Origin: Acidobacteriota bacterium
Lineage (GTDB): Bacteria > Acidobacteriota > Polarisedimenticolia > Gp22-AA2
Direction of reading: 5' to 3'
DNA length: 64,000 nucleotides
NCBI GenBank assembly: GCA_041486695.1
Contig: JBGPLZ010000001.1
Location: 60,913-124,912, forward strand
The notes below the pieces were generated by a model, which saw only the letters and a program-made list of their open reading frames with translations, was not told where the DNA came from and made no database searches. Shown here one piece after another: positions 18,291-28,314 of this stretch (within the stretch, counting starts at the first letter, position 1; each line of letters starts with the position of its first letter). Position numbers and translations under genes: made by a program.

Positions 18291-20096
18291 TTATTTCGTC
18301 GACAAGGGAGGATCGACTCGCAAATCGAGCTTGATGGAGAGCTCTTCGAGCTGCTTGTCCGTCACCGATCCAGGAGCGCCGATCATCAGATCGATGCCGC
18401 TGGTCGTCTTGGGAAAGGCGATCACGTCCCGTATGGAAGGCGATCCGGTCAGGATGGCGATGATCCTGTCGACGCCCAGGGCGATGCCGCCGTGAGGGGG
18501 AGCGCCCATCCGCAGCGCCGACAAGAGGAACCCAAACTTTGATTCGGCTTCTTCCTGGCTGATCCCCAGCAGCCGGAAGACCTGGGCCTGCAGCGGGCTG
18601 CGGTGGATCCGGATACTCCCCCCGCCCACCTCCATGCCGTCGAGGACCAGGTCATACGCCTGGGCCCGCACCGATTCGGGGTCGCTCTCCAGCCGGCCGA
18701 TGTCGTCTGGCCAGGGAGCCGTGAAGGGGTGGTGGCAGGAGGCCAGGCGTCCTTCCGCGCTCCGTTCGAAGAGCGGGAACTCGTGCACCCATAAGAGATG
18801 GTGGACCGACTCATCGATCATCTTCCCGGCCCGCGCGATCTGCAGCCGCAGCGCCCCCAGGATCGAGCAGGCCGGCTTCCAGCGATCGGCCACCAGCAGC
18901 GCCAGATCGTCCGGACCGGCCTTCAGATCCCCAAGGATGCCCCGACCTCCCGCTTCCGTCAGTTGCTTCAGGACGGGCGACTGGATCGACCCTCCTGACG
19001 CTTTGATCCAGATGAGGCCTCGCGAGCCGAGCCCCTTTGCGGCGTCCACCAGGTTGTCGAGCTTCTGCCGTGACCAGGTCCCGCCGCCCGGGATCAAAAG
19101 AGCCTTGACCGCGCCTCCCTGGCGGATCGTGTCGGAGAAAATCCGCAATGGGCTCGCGGCGAGGCTGGCGCTGAGGTCGCGAATCTCGAGACCGAAGCGG
19201 GTGTCCGGCTTGTCGCTGCCGAAGCGTTCCATGGCCTCCCGATAGGTGAGGCGGCCGCAGGCCGGCGAGCCCGGGAAGCCGGCGGCGCGGAAGATCCGGT
19301 CCATCAGCCCCTCGATGATGCCGAAGATTGTCTCCGGGTCGGGGAAGGACATCTCGACATCGATCTGGGTGAATTCCGGCTGCCGGTCGGAGCGCAGGTC
19401 CTCATCCCGGAAGCACTTGGCGATCTGGAAGTAGCGATCGAGGCCGGCCACCATGAGAAGCTGCTTGAAGACTTGGGGCGACTGCGGCAGAGAGTAAAAC
19501 CGGCCCGGGTTGACTCGGGACGGCACCAGATACTCACGCGAGCCCTCCGGAGTGCTCTTGGTCAGGATGGGCGTCTCGATCTCCAGGAACTGCCGCGCGT
19601 CGAGCTCCTGTCGAACCGCCAGAAGAACCCGGTGCCGGGTTTCAAGGATGCGCTGGAGCCGGGGGCGGCGCAGGTCGAGATAGCGGTAACGGAGCCGCAC
19701 CTCTTCGGAGACGTTGGTGTCGTTGGCGAGGGAAAATGGCAGCGTCTCGGAGGTGTTGAGGACCTCGATCTCCCGCGCCTGGATCTCGATGCCACCGGTC
19801 GGGAGCCCCGGGTTGAGATTGGCTTCGGCCCTGCGCACCACGCGACCCTGGAGGGCGACGACGAACTCCGGGCGGAGAGCCTTGGCGGCGGCGAACGCCT
19901 CCGGGGCGGTCTCGGGATTGAAGACAACCTGGGTGAGACCATAGCGATCGCGCAGATCGGCGAACAACAGCCCGCCGTGATCCCGCACGCAATCGACCCA
20001 GCCGAGAAGGGTCACCTCGCGTCCGTCGTCCGCGGGACGAAGGGCGCCGCAGGTGGCGGTGCGACGTGGCGTCGGGGCGCGCTCAGGCATGGCCAA
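18291..20096 (-). CDS. aspS: aspartate--tRNA ligase
   Basis: Class II aaRS motifs ([34 protein letters not shown]), anticodon-binding OB fold. 601 aa. Confidence 0.9.
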   Translation of the reverse strand: MAMPERAPTPRRTATCGALRPADDGREVTLLGWVDCVRDHGGLLFADLRDRYGLTQVVFNPETAPEAFAAAKALRPEFVVALQGRVVRRAEANLNPGLPTGGIEIQAREIEVLNTSETLPFSLANDTNVSEEVRLRYRYLDLRRPRLQRILETRHRVLLAVRQELDARQFLEIETPILTKSTPEGSREYLVPSRVNPGRFYSLPQSPQVFKQLLMVAGLDRYFQIAKCFRDEDLRSDRQPEFTQIDVEMSFPDPETIFGIIEGLMDRIFRAAGFPGSPACGRLTYREAMERFGSDKPDTRFGLEIRDLSASLAASPLRIFSDTIRQGGAVKALLIPGGGTWSRQKLDNLVDAAKGLGSRGLIWIKASGGSIQSPVLKQLTEAGGRGILGDLKAGPDDLALLVADRWKPACSILGALRLQIARAGKMIDESVHHLLWVHEFPLFERSAEGRLASCHHPFTAPWPDDIGRLESDPESVRAQAYDLVLDGMEVGGGSIRIHRSPLQAQVFRLLGISQEEAESKFGFLLSALRMGAPPHGGIALGVDRIIAILTGSPSIRDVIAFPKTTSGIDLMIGAPGSVTDKQLEELSIKLDLRVDPPLSTK

Positions 20097-21342
20097 GCGC
20101 CTCGATCCGGGCTTCGAGATCCTCCGTCCGGATGGTCTCCTGGGTTCCGTCGGCCATTCTCTTCAAGGTGACCATGCCGCGGGATATCTCCTCCTCGCCG
20201 ACGATGATCACCGTTCGCGCCCTCAGGGCGTTTGCGTGACGCATCTGCGCCTTGAGGCTCTTGCCCGGTAACGGATCGAAGATGACCCGCCGGCCCAGGC
20301 GCCTCAGCCGCCGCGCCGCCAGAAGCGCGGGCCGGATGCTCGCAGCGCCCAGGGCGACGACCACCACGTCCGGGGCATCGTCCGGGATCGGGGCGTCGGC
20401 CGGCAGCGCCAGAATCAGCCGGTCCTGGCCGATCGCGAAGCCGAAGCCGGGCACCGGCGGACCTCCCAGCTCTTCCACCAGGCCGTCGTATCGACCGCCC
20501 CCGAGGATCGCGTTCTGGGCGCCGAGCGCCGGCTGGGTCACTTCGAAAGCGGTCCGGCGGTAGTAATCGAGCCCCCGGACGAGCCGCGGTTCGACCTTGT
20601 AGGGCACCTCGAGCGCGTCGAGGTGAGAACGCACTGCCGCGAAATGATCGCAGCAGGCCGCGCACAGATGGTCGGCGATGATCGGGGCCTTTGTCATGAC
20701 CTCCTGGTCTGCCGGGACCTTGCAGTCGAAGCAGCGCAACGGATTCGTCTGCAGGCGCCGCCTGCAGTCTTCGCACAGCGCTGCGGCTCGCGGGGTGAGG
20801 TAGCGGACGAGCGCGTCACGGTAGGCGGGACGGCACTCATGGCAGCCGACCGAGTTCAGTGACAGGGCCACGGGGCGGACGCCGACGCTGCTCACGAAGC
20901 TCATGACCATCTCGATCGCCTCGGCATCGATGACGGGGTGGTCCGACCCGAAGACCTCGACCCCGAGCTGCGAGAACTGTCGCATCCGTCCCTTCTGCGG
21001 CCGCTCGTAGCGGAACATTGGCCCGATGTAGTAGAGCCGATCGACGTCGGCGCTCCGGTGTCGCTGGTGCTGGATGTAGGCGCGCACCACGGGCGCCGTA
21101 TTCTCCGGACGGAGGGTGAGAGAGCGGCCCTTCCTGTCGAGGAAGGTGTACATTTCCTTGGCGACGATGTCGGTCGCCGCGCCGATTCCCCGTGCGAAAA
21201 GCTCCGTGCTCTCGAAGATCGGTGTCCGGATCTCGCGGAATCCGTAGCGCTCGAACGTATCGCGCGCCACCGCTTCGACAAAATGCCAGCGGTTCATCTC
21301 CTCCGGCAGGATGTCGCGGGTTCCTTTCGCGGCTTCGATCAT
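20083..21342 (-). CDS. hisS: histidine--tRNA ligase
   Basis: HisRS motifs ([15 protein letters not shown]...[19 protein letters not shown]). Start at the internal Met matching the HisRS N-terminus. 14-nt overlap with the aspS start. Confidence 0.9.
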   Translation of the reverse strand: MIEAAKGTRDILPEEMNRWHFVEAVARDTFERYGFREIRTPIFESTELFARGIGAATDIVAKEMYTFLDRKGRSLTLRPENTAPVVRAYIQHQRHRSADVDRLYYIGPMFRYERPQKGRMRQFSQLGVEVFGSDHPVIDAEAIEMVMSFVSSVGVRPVALSLNSVGCHECRPAYRDALVRYLTPRAAALCEDCRRRLQTNPLRCFDCKVPADQEVMTKAPIIADHLCAACCDHFAAVRSHLDALEVPYKVEPRLVRGLDYYRRTAFEVTQPALGAQNAILGGGRYDGLVEELGGPPVPGFGFAIGQDRLILALPADAPIPDDAPDVVVVALGAASIRPALLAARRLRRLGRRVIFDPLPGKSLKAQMRHANALRARTVIIVGEEEISRGMVTLKRMADGTQETIRTEDLEARIEALGHA

Positions 21343-21482
21343 CGTGCTCCGCTCCGCGCCGCCGCGCACCGCGCCAGGAGCCCGTCCCGACGTCGGGATG
21401 GGTGGCTCCCGTCGCAAGGCGCGGCGGGTCAAAGAGTTGGGGAGAATAGCACAGTCGGCGCGGCAGGCGGAAGCGTGGTAGC

Positions 21483-21511
21483 GTGCCACCCTTGGCCACC
21501 GCGTCTATAAT
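21483..21511 (+). promoter_or_regulatory. candidate promoter (perfect -10 TATAAT) for the BamB-like gene
   Basis: TATAAT at 21506-21511 with a weak -35 GTGCCA at 17-nt spacing, 50 nt upstream of Met 21561. Confidence 0.3.
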
Positions 21512-21560
21512 GCGCCCTGAATCCGCGCCGGCGCCGTCTCGCCAGGCGGAGGGAGTCGTG

Positions 21561-22769
21561 ATGCGCGTTCCCATGCCGGCCCAGTGGACTCGAAGGGTTC
21601 CGGCCGCTGTTCTGCTCTCGATGTGCGCCCTTTGCGTCCTGAAGGGATCCCCCGCTCTTGCCCGCGGCGAGAAGACCGTCTTCACCAGTCAGACCGTCGA
21701 GTGGGATCCCCAGTTCCGGAAGGACTCCAAGGTCCAACCCATCGGCTTCGCCCCGGCGTGGACCTACAGTGGATTTCATGCGCCCCTGATGGGCGACCTG
21801 GTGGTTTCCTCGAATCGGCTGGTGGCGGTAAGCCGCGATGGCGAGATCGCCGCGCTCGCCTCGTCGTCGGGCGAGGTCCTCTGGGCCGCACGGCTTCCGG
21901 CGGCACCTTCCTCTGGCATCTCGGCCCAAGGCGAGGCGCTTTTTCTCGGCCTCGAGGATGGGCGAGTGTTGGCGCTGCGCGGCTCGGACGGCCGAGTCCT
22001 ATGGGAAGCTTCCCTGTCCTCACCGGCCCTCGCACCACCGCGGCAAGTTCAGGACCGACTCCTGGTCGCAACCGCCGATCAGAACCTGTTCGCGCTCGAT
22101 CCAGAGAATGGGTCGATCCTGGCGCGGCGCGCGCTTCCCGGTCGCGCGACGACGCCTCCCGAGCCCGCTCCGGGAGTCCTGCTGATCGGCACCGAGCACG
22201 GCATGCTGCTGGCTCTGAAGAAGGAGGATCTCGCGATCCGCTGGCGCCGCTACACCGGCCACGCCATCACGGCCCCGCCGCTTTTCTACAAGAACCGGGT
22301 CTACGTGTGCAGCGCCGATCGCACCCTGCGCTGCCTCCGCTTCCGCTCCGGGCGGGTCCTCTGGACCATGAGCACCGGGGCCACCAGCACGGTGCGACCC
22401 TTCGCGATCGGGTCCTGGCTTTACCTGCTCAGCTACGACAACGATATCTATGTGCTGCGCGCCAGGAACGGGCACCTGATGACGCGTGTGCGCCTGGGAC
22501 ACCGTCTGGAGGGTGATCCGGCTCGCACCCCGGAGCGTCTCTTCGTGGCGCCCTTCACAGAGGCTTCTCTCGTGGGGCTGAGCCTGCCGGGCCTGGCGAC
22601 CGAGGGCAGCTACGCCCTGGGGATTCCCGGAGAATGGTTCACCACGTCGCCTCTGGTTCTGGGTCTCCGGGTCGCCATCGGATACGGCAGAACGGAGGGC
22701 AGGATCCTGGCGCTCGATGTGACGGAAAAGCCGAAGGAGAGCAAATCGCCGGCGCCGGGCGCGCCCTGA
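21561..22769 (+). CDS. PQQ-like beta-propeller repeat protein (BamB-like), secreted
   Basis: Signal peptide MRVPMPAQWTRRVPAAVLLSMCALCVLKG. Repeated ...DG.VLW... blades (RVLALRGSDGRVLWEA, NLFALDPENGSIL, TLRCLRFRSGRVLWTM). Confidence 0.65.
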   Translation: MRVPMPAQWTRRVPAAVLLSMCALCVLKGSPALARGEKTVFTSQTVEWDPQFRKDSKVQPIGFAPAWTYSGFHAPLMGDLVVSSNRLVAVSRDGEIAALASSSGEVLWAARLPAAPSSGISAQGEALFLGLEDGRVLALRGSDGRVLWEASLSSPALAPPRQVQDRLLVATADQNLFALDPENGSILARRALPGRATTPPEPAPGVLLIGTEHGMLLALKKEDLAIRWRRYTGHAITAPPLFYKNRVYVCSADRTLRCLRFRSGRVLWTMSTGATSTVRPFAIGSWLYLLSYDNDIYVLRARNGHLMTRVRLGHRLEGDPARTPERLFVAPFTEASLVGLSLPGLATEGSYALGIPGEWFTTSPLVLGLRVAIGYGRTEGRILALDVTEKPKESKSPAPGAP

Positions 22770-22779
22770 GAGAAGCCTC

Positions 22780-22803
22780 CCCGCAGCTTTTCACGTCTGC
22801 GGG
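22780..22803 (+). terminator. GC hairpin after the BamB-like gene (terminator-like, no U-tract)
   Basis: CCCGCAG-cttttcacgt-CTGCGGG, 7-bp stem, 11 nt after the stop codon. Confidence 0.25.
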
Positions 22804-22901
22804 ACGATGTCCGGACCCGTGATTTCAGGCCGGCTTGATTCCCGATCGGACCCGCTCGCAGATCGCTTCCCCTGCGTCGCGCGTGATGACGGCGATTCGT
22901 G

Positions 22902-23270
22902 TCATCGCGCGCGCCTCGGTCGTAAGCCCGTCGCCTCGAGGAATCGCCGCAGCCCGAGCCATCTCCCTGCCGCGGGCCGGGCATCTTCGCTGCCCGCCGG
23001 GATCGACCGGCGAGCACGAAGGAAGGCCTCCTCGACCTGCCTCGTTTCGGCCCGGCCGCAGATCATCGCGCCTCCGGGCAGAATCAGAACCGGGATGTCG
23101 CTCCCATAGCGGGCCAGAAGATCGGCATCAGAATCGATGTCGATCACGATCAGCGGGATGTTGTGCCGGCGGGCGGCGCGGGCGGCCGAGCGATGCAGGA
23201 CGAAGCAGAGCGGGCAGTCGCGTCGACGGTAAAGCACCGCCGCCCCGGGAGCCAGCAGCACCCCCGTCAT
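22902..23270 (-). CDS. glutaredoxin-like thioredoxin-fold protein
   Basis: CPLC active-site motif in a small thioredoxin-fold protein (YRRRDCPLCFVL...). Confidence 0.6.
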   Translation of the reverse strand: MTGVLLAPGAAVLYRRRDCPLCFVLHRSAARAARRHNIPLIVIDIDSDADLLARYGSDIPVLILPGGAMICGRAETRQVEEAFLRARRSIPAGSEDARPAAGRWLGLRRFLEATGLRPRRAR

Positions 23271-23662
23271 GCCCCCGGCCTGCGTAACAGGGCGCGCTGG
23301 CCCACGTGGACGGCCACCAGGCCGAGGCCTGCGCCGATGGAATCGCTCAAGACGTCCGAGACGTCCGCGAAACGGTTGGGAACGAACTTTTGGTGCAGCT
23401 CATCGCTGGCCCCATAGGCGAGGCAGAGTCCCCAGGCCAAAAGGAGTACGCGGAGCGGCACGATCTGACGCAGACCGTTATTCAGCGCGCGGGCCAGCAG
23501 GACCGCCAGGCCGAAGTACTCGACGCCATGCTCGACATAGTCCGGATAGGCCGCCGCGAAAGGGATGCTGGAGAGACTTGAAAAATAGAAGATGCCGCCG
23601 ATGTAAACGAGGACTGGAGCCCAGACGATGAGAAAGTGAAGGGGACCCCGGCGGCCACTCAC
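23267..23662 (-). CDS. VanZ-family membrane protein
   Basis: VanZ-like hydrophobic profile and motif (LLLAWGLCLAYGASDELHQKFVPNRFADVSDVLSDSIGAGLG). GTG start. ATGA overlap with the downstream glutaredoxin-like gene. Confidence 0.7.
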   Translation of the reverse strand: MSGRRGPLHFLIVWAPVLVYIGGIFYFSSLSSIPFAAAYPDYVEHGVEYFGLAVLLARALNNGLRQIVPLRVLLLAWGLCLAYGASDELHQKFVPNRFADVSDVLSDSIGAGLGLVAVHVGQRALLRRPGA

Positions 23663-23838
23663 CGCAGAGGGAAGGGATACATCGCGTAGGCCACGATCAT
23701 GGAGAGGACGACCATCGAGCCGCCGAAGATGACAGAGACCCGGACTCGCTCCCGGGTCTCGTTCTGCGTCAGGAAGGCGAAAAAGACCGCCACCAGCGCG
23801 GAGAAGATGACCATATTCAGGAAGTGGCTCCGGATCAT
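23659..23838 (-). CDS. small (59 aa) two-helix membrane protein, unannotated in the ORF track
   Basis: My manual translation of the minus strand: MIRSHFLNMVIFSALVAVFFAFLTQNETRERVRVSVIFGGSMVVLSMIVAYAMYPFPLR*. Its stop overlaps the VanZ GTG start in GTGA. Starts 14 nt after the upstream membrane-protein stop. Confidence 0.4.
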   Translation of the reverse strand: MIRSHFLNMVIFSALVAVFFAFLTQNETRERVRVSVIFGGSMVVLSMIVAYAMYPFPLR

Positions 23839-23851
23839 GTCCCGCGTCCTT

Positions 23852-24328
23852 TCAGTCCTTCCGGCCCTTGGCGATATCGAACGCGTCCAGGATCAGGAGC
23901 ATGTTCATGAGGCCCGCCGTCAGCAGGAATGTGTTCCCGTACTCGTAGGTGACGCTCCTGATCCGCTGCCGGATCTTATCGTTGAGATCCGCCTGCTGCG
24001 GATCGGCCTCGTCGTCGGGAAGGCGGTAAACCAGACGACGATAGGTGAGGTAACGACTAATCGCCTCGAGCGGGCCGATGGCGAGGTTGTCGAAGGTTGC
24101 GAGCAGGGTCAGCGGCTGCCGCGGATCGATCAGCGCGGCGGTTCCATCCGAAGAGATGCCGAGAGCGAAGGTGGCGATGACGACGCCGAGAAACACCAGC
24201 CCCGTCTGCTTCTTCCCGAGATAGATGTGGCCCAGCCCCGGCAGGATCCAGGCCAGCAGGCAGGGCATCCAGGGACTCACCGGAACCCGCGACGGAGTCG
24301 CGGCCTGATCCATTGCGGCTTCGGACAA
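23852..24328 (-). CDS. TM2-domain-like membrane protein
   Basis: N-terminal LLAWILPGLGHIYLGKKQTGLVFLGVVI resembles the TM2 domain signature; a second hydrophobic segment near the C-terminus. Confidence 0.5.
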   Translation of the reverse strand: MSEAAMDQAATPSRVPVSPWMPCLLAWILPGLGHIYLGKKQTGLVFLGVVIATFALGISSDGTAALIDPRQPLTLLATFDNLAIGPLEAISRYLTYRRLVYRLPDDEADPQQADLNDKIRQRIRSVTYEYGNTFLLTAGLMNMLLILDAFDIAKGRKD

Positions 24329-24332
24329 CCGG

Positions 24333-24776
24333 TTACTCCTTCACCACCCAGACCTTCACGTCGGCGGAGACCTCGGGATGCAGACGGACCGGCACGTTAT
24401 AGATCCCCAGGCTCTTGATTGGCTCGTCGAGATGGATTCGCCGCTTGTCGACGACGACACCCTCCTTGGCGAGGTATTCAGCGATGTCGGCCGGGGTGAC
24501 CGAACCGTACAGTGTGTCGTTCTCTCCGACCTTGCGGACGATCGTGCAGGAGATGCCGGCGATGCGCTGCGCCAGAGCGAGCGACTCGTCCTTCTCTTTG
24601 GCCTGGCGTACGACGTAGCGGCGCTTCTCGCGCTCGATGGTCTTGAGGTTCCCGGCGGTTGCCAGCAGCGCCTTGCCCTTCGGCAGGAGGAAGTTGCGAG
24701 CATAGCCGTCGGCCACCTTCACGACCTCGCCGCGCCGGCCGAGGTTCTCGATGTCTTCTCTGAGCACGATCTGCAT
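24333..24776 (-). CDS. rplI: 50S ribosomal protein L9
   Basis: MQIVLREDIENLGRRGEVVKVADGYARNFLLP... Confidence 0.9.
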   Translation of the reverse strand: MQIVLREDIENLGRRGEVVKVADGYARNFLLPKGKALLATAGNLKTIEREKRRYVVRQAKEKDESLALAQRIAGISCTIVRKVGENDTLYGSVTPADIAEYLAKEGVVVDKRRIHLDEPIKSLGIYNVPVRLHPEVSADVKVWVVKE

Positions 24777-24803
24777 GGGGGCTCCGTGGATCCTCGTCGA
24801 GCG

Positions 24804-25082
24804 CTAGTCCGAGGCGAAAGGAATGAGCGCCAGCGTGCGGGCGCGCTTGATCGCCTGCATGATCTTCCGCTGGTGCCGCGAGCAGGTCCCGGAGATCCGG
24901 CGCGGAAAGATCTTCGAGCGCTCGGGGGTGAATGCCTGCATGAGGCGGACATCCTTGTAATCGATGAAGGCGATCTTCTCATCGCAGAACTTGCAGAATT
25001 TCTTCTTGCGAAACAGGAACTTCTTCTTGAACGGCTTCTTGCCGCCGCGTCCCTGCCCGCCCCCGGACTCCCTCATCCTCAT
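24804..25082 (-). CDS. rpsR: 30S ribosomal protein S18
   Basis: Conserved S18 core CKFC...[50 protein letters not shown]. Confidence 0.9.
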   Translation of the reverse strand: MRMRESGGGQGRGGKKPFKKKFLFRKKKFCKFCDEKIAFIDYKDVRLMQAFTPERSKIFPRRISGTCSRHQRKIMQAIKRARTLALIPFASD

Positions 25083-25104
25083 GGTGTCGTTCTCTCCGTT
25101 CTTG

Positions 25105-25476
25105 TTATGGCGCGATGGCCGGATCGGACGGGATCTCTTCGCGGTCGACGGGGCGCGGCTTCATGACCGGGGACGGTCCGAGCTGCGCCTCATTTTCCAC
25201 CCGCACGGTCAGGTGCCGCAGGATCTGCTCATTCATGCGGTAGCGCCGCTCCAGCTCCTTGACGAACTGAGGCGAGCATTCCACCACCATCAGGACATAG
25301 ACCCCTTCCTCGCGTCGGCCGATCGGGTAGGCGAGTCGTCGCTTGCCCCATTTTTCGACCTTCAGAATCTTCCCTGCGGCTCCGACAATGATTTGATCGA
25401 ACCCCTTGATCAGGGCGTCGATATCCTCCTCGGTCAGGGTCGGTTCGGTGACGAAGATCGTCTCGTATTGTAGCAT
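25105..25476 (-). CDS. rpsF: 30S ribosomal protein S6
   Basis: [30 protein letters not shown]...[14 protein letters not shown]. Confidence 0.9.
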   Translation of the reverse strand: MLQYETIFVTEPTLTEEDIDALIKGFDQIIVGAAGKILKVEKWGKRRLAYPIGRREEGVYVLMVVECSPQFVKELERRYRMNEQILRHLTVRVENEAQLGPSPVMKPRPVDREEIPSDPAIAP

Positions 25477-25494
25477 CCTTGCAGCCTCTCCTCT

Positions 25495-26094
25495 CTAGCG
25501 CACCGCGCCCGCGTCCGTCACCCCGGCATCGGGACGCCCATTATAGCGATTCATGGCCGAAGCAAGCCCTTCTGCGGCGATCATCTCAGCGCAGTCCGCA
25601 GCCAGGGCGATCATCTCCTCTACCCGGGGACGATCATCGCGCCGGAATTCCCGCAGCACGAAATCGGCATGCTCGACACCCTGCTCGGCCGGACCCACAC
25701 CGATCCGAAGCCGCGGGAAGTCGGAGGTCCCGAGCGTTTCGATGATCGACCGCAATCCATTGTGCCCACCGTGACTCCCCCGTGCGCGCAGCCGTATCGT
25801 CCCGACGTCGAGATGGAGATCGTCGCAGACGACCAAAAGCTCTCCCGGCGATGCCTCGCGCTTCTTCAACAAATCCGCCACCGCCGCGCCGCTTCGATTC
25901 ATGAAGGTCTGCGGCCGCGCCAGCGCTATGTCGCTTTGCCCCAGCCGAACGACGGCCACGAGCGATCGTGCTTCGCGGCGCTTCACGGCGCCGTCGTGCC
26001 GCCTGCGCAACTCCTCGACCACCCGGAAGCCGACGTTGTGCCGGGTACCGCGGTACTCGGGGCCCGGATTCCCCAGCCCAACGACGATCCGCAC
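25495..26094 (-). CDS. pth: peptidyl-tRNA hydrolase
   Basis: MRIVVGLGNPGPEYRGTRHNVGF...HGGHNGLRSI. Confidence 0.9.
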   Translation of the reverse strand: MRIVVGLGNPGPEYRGTRHNVGFRVVEELRRRHDGAVKRREARSLVAVVRLGQSDIALARPQTFMNRSGAAVADLLKKREASPGELLVVCDDLHLDVGTIRLRARGSHGGHNGLRSIIETLGTSDFPRLRIGVGPAEQGVEHADFVLREFRRDDRPRVEEMIALAADCAEMIAAEGLASAMNRYNGRPDAGVTDAGAVR

Positions 26095-26115
26095 CCCGCG
26101 AGCTCCGCGCGTTCC

Positions 26116-26838
26116 CTATTTCTTGCCCTCAGGCTTCTTGGCTTCCTTCTTCTTCTCCTCGGCGTCCTCGCCCGCCGGTTCGGCCCCCTCGGCGGCCGCC
26201 TTGCCCTTCTTGATGACTTCCGGCTCGGCGGGCGCCGCGGCCACCGCTTCGGCGATCGGCGCCGCGACCTCTTCCTTCGCAGGCGGACTGACGACCACGA
26301 GGATTTGCTCCGCATCGTCGAGGACCTTGTAGCGCTCGTCGGTGGGAATGTCCGAGATGCGCAGGTTGTCGCCGATCTTCAGCGGGCTCACGTCAATGGT
26401 GATGTGCTCTGGAATGTTCCCGGGGAGGCAGGAAACGCGCACCGTCCGGGTGACGTGCTCCAGGATGCCGCCATCCAGCTTCACGCCCGCGGCCTCTCCG
26501 GTGATCTGGACCGGCACCTCGACCTCGATCACTTCGTCCATCTGGATGCGCACGAGGTCGGCGTGCATCAGCAGTCCCTTGACCGGGTCGACCTGGAAAT
26601 CCTTGATCATGACGTGCCGACGGCGCTCGGTTCCTTCCAGGTTCACCTGGAAGATCGTATTGACCCCCGACTCGGAGCGGATGATCTCGAGGAGGTGGCG
26701 CGGGTCCACCGTCACCGAAACCGGGTCGCGCTTGGCACCATAGACGATCGCCGGGATCATGCCCGCTCGCCGCAGCCGGCGCGAGTTGTTCTTGCCGAGA
26801 TTGCCCCGCGACTTCACTTCAACCACGTGTTCCTTCAT
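26116..26838 (-). CDS. rplY: 50S ribosomal protein L25 / general stress protein Ctc
   Basis: L25/Ctc N-terminal beta-barrel (RGNLGKNNSRRLRRAGMIPAIVYG) plus Ala/Glu/Lys-rich C-terminal tail. Confidence 0.85.
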   Translation of the reverse strand: MKEHVVEVKSRGNLGKNNSRRLRRAGMIPAIVYGAKRDPVSVTVDPRHLLEIIRSESGVNTIFQVNLEGTERRRHVMIKDFQVDPVKGLLMHADLVRIQMDEVIEVEVPVQITGEAAGVKLDGGILEHVTRTVRVSCLPGNIPEHITIDVSPLKIGDNLRISDIPTDERYKVLDDAEQILVVVSPPAKEEVAAPIAEAVAAAPAEPEVIKKGKAAAEGAEPAGEDAEEKKKEAKKPEGKK

Positions 26839-26873
26839 CGAACCGTCCTTCCCCTTCCCGCTCCGGCCGAACC

Positions 26874-27824
26874 CTAGACGAACAGGGAGCTGACGGAGGA
26901 ATCGTTATGGATGCGCTTGATCGCCTCGCCAAGGAGACTCGCCACCGACAGCACCGTGATCCGCCCCGCCTGCACCTTGGACTCGTCGAGAGGGATGCTG
27001 TCGGTCACCACGGTCATCGACATTTTCGAAGAGCGGATGCGCTCGATCGCCGGCCCCGAGAGGACGGCGTGCGTGAAGCAGCCGTAAATCGACCGGGCAC
27101 CGTTCTTCGTGAGCCCCTGCACGGTCCCGGTCAGCGTCCCGGCGGTGTCGACGATGTCGTCTACGATGAGGCAGTTCCGCCCTTCCACATCGCCGATGAC
27201 ATGCATGACTTGAGGCTCACCCCGTTCGCCGCGGCGTTTGTCGATAATGGCCAGGGCCGCGTCGAGCCGCTTCGCGTAAGCGCGCGCCCTTTCGACCCCT
27301 CCGGCGTCGGGAGATACGATGACCAGATCCTTGAGATTCAGGCGCGCGACGTGCTCGATCAGGACGGGCGCGGCGAAAAGATTGTCGACCGGTATGTCGA
27401 AGAAGCCCTGGATCGCGGGCGCGTGCAGGTCCATCGCCAGGATCCGGTGCGCTCCGGCCGCGGTCAGTAGGTCGGCAACCAATTTGGCCGAAATCGGCAC
27501 CCGCGGCTTGTCCTTGCGCTCCTGGCGGGCGTAGCCGTAATAGGGCAGGACGGCGGTGATCCTCGCCGAGGATGAGCGTTTGAAGGCGTCGAGCATGACC
27601 AGAAGCTCCATCAGGTTCTGGTCGACCGGAGGGCAGGTCGGTTGGATGACGAAGACATCGGTCCCGCGCACGTTCTCGAGAATCTGGCAATAGGCCTCTC
27701 CGTCCGCGAAACGGTGGACTTCAATGCTGCCCACGGGAATGCCGAGATACTTACAAATGTCCCGCACCAGCGCCGGATGGGCACTTCCCGAGAAGATCTT
27801 GAGATTTCCGTCCACGCTCGCCAT
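26874..27824 (-). CDS. prs: ribose-phosphate pyrophosphokinase
   Basis: PRPP synthetase motifs (DLHAPAIQGFFDIPVDNL, CLIVDDIVDTAGTL). Start at internal Met 27824. The ORF upstream part only exists because it reads through the tRNA-Gln gene. Confidence 0.9.
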   Translation of the reverse strand: MASVDGNLKIFSGSAHPALVRDICKYLGIPVGSIEVHRFADGEAYCQILENVRGTDVFVIQPTCPPVDQNLMELLVMLDAFKRSSSARITAVLPYYGYARQERKDKPRVPISAKLVADLLTAAGAHRILAMDLHAPAIQGFFDIPVDNLFAAPVLIEHVARLNLKDLVIVSPDAGGVERARAYAKRLDAALAIIDKRRGERGEPQVMHVIGDVEGRNCLIVDDIVDTAGTLTGTVQGLTKNGARSIYGCFTHAVLSGPAIERIRSSKMSMTVVTDSIPLDESKVQAGRITVLSVASLLGEAIKRIHNDSSVSSLFV

Positions 27825-27871
27825 GCCGACCCTCGAAACCCTCGATCCGACCCGCCCCATCTCGCCGACCG

Positions 27872-27945
27872 TGGTTGGGGCGGGAGGATTCGAACCTCCG
27901 ATCCCGGATCCAAAGTCCGGTGTCTTACCGCTTGACGACGCCCCA
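27872..27945 (-). tRNA. tRNA-Gln (anticodon UUG)
   Basis: Manually folded cloverleaf: acceptor TGGGGCG/CGCCCCA, anticodon stem CCGGA/TCCGG with loop CTTTGGA (anticodon TTG), T-arm GGAGG-TTCGAAT-CCTCC, encoded CCA. Confidence 0.8.
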
Positions 27946-27969
27946 ACAGGCCGGCCCGGCAAGGCGCGC

Positions 27970-28278
27970 TCAGGCGGGCGTTCGATCCTCCGGGAGGCCT
28001 TCGTTCGAGGGTCCTTCGTCCCCCCGGGCGAGCAGCTCCCGATACCTGACCAGGATTCTCTCCTCGATCCTCTTCCGCGTCTCGTTGTTCAGGGGATGGG
28101 CGATGTCGCGGAACGTGCCGTTCTTTCTCTTCTTGCTCGGCATCGAGATGAAGAGTCCATTCGTGCCGCTGATGACCTTGATATCGCTGATGACAAAACA
28201 GTCGTCGATGATGATCGAAACGAATGCCTTGAGCTTCTCCTCCCCGACGGGAAAAACGCGGACGTCGGTGATCTCCAT
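27970..28278 (-). CDS. spoVG: septation protein SpoVG
   Basis: MEITDVRVFPVGEEKLKAFVSIIIDDCFVISDIKVISGTNGLFISMPSKK..., canonical SpoVG. Confidence 0.85.
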   Translation of the reverse strand: MEITDVRVFPVGEEKLKAFVSIIIDDCFVISDIKVISGTNGLFISMPSKKRKNGTFRDIAHPLNNETRKRIEERILVRYRELLARGDEGPSNEGLPEDRTPA

Positions 28279-28314
28279 GCCCGGCGTCCCTCCATGAATG
28301 AAGGGGTCCGTGAT

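Noticed and set aside
24777-25104. Absence of ssb/priB between rpsF and rpsR
   Set aside because: Checked the 22-nt gap and found no hidden ORF. An rpsF-rpsR-rplI arrangement without ssb occurs in several phyla, so it is not anomalous here.
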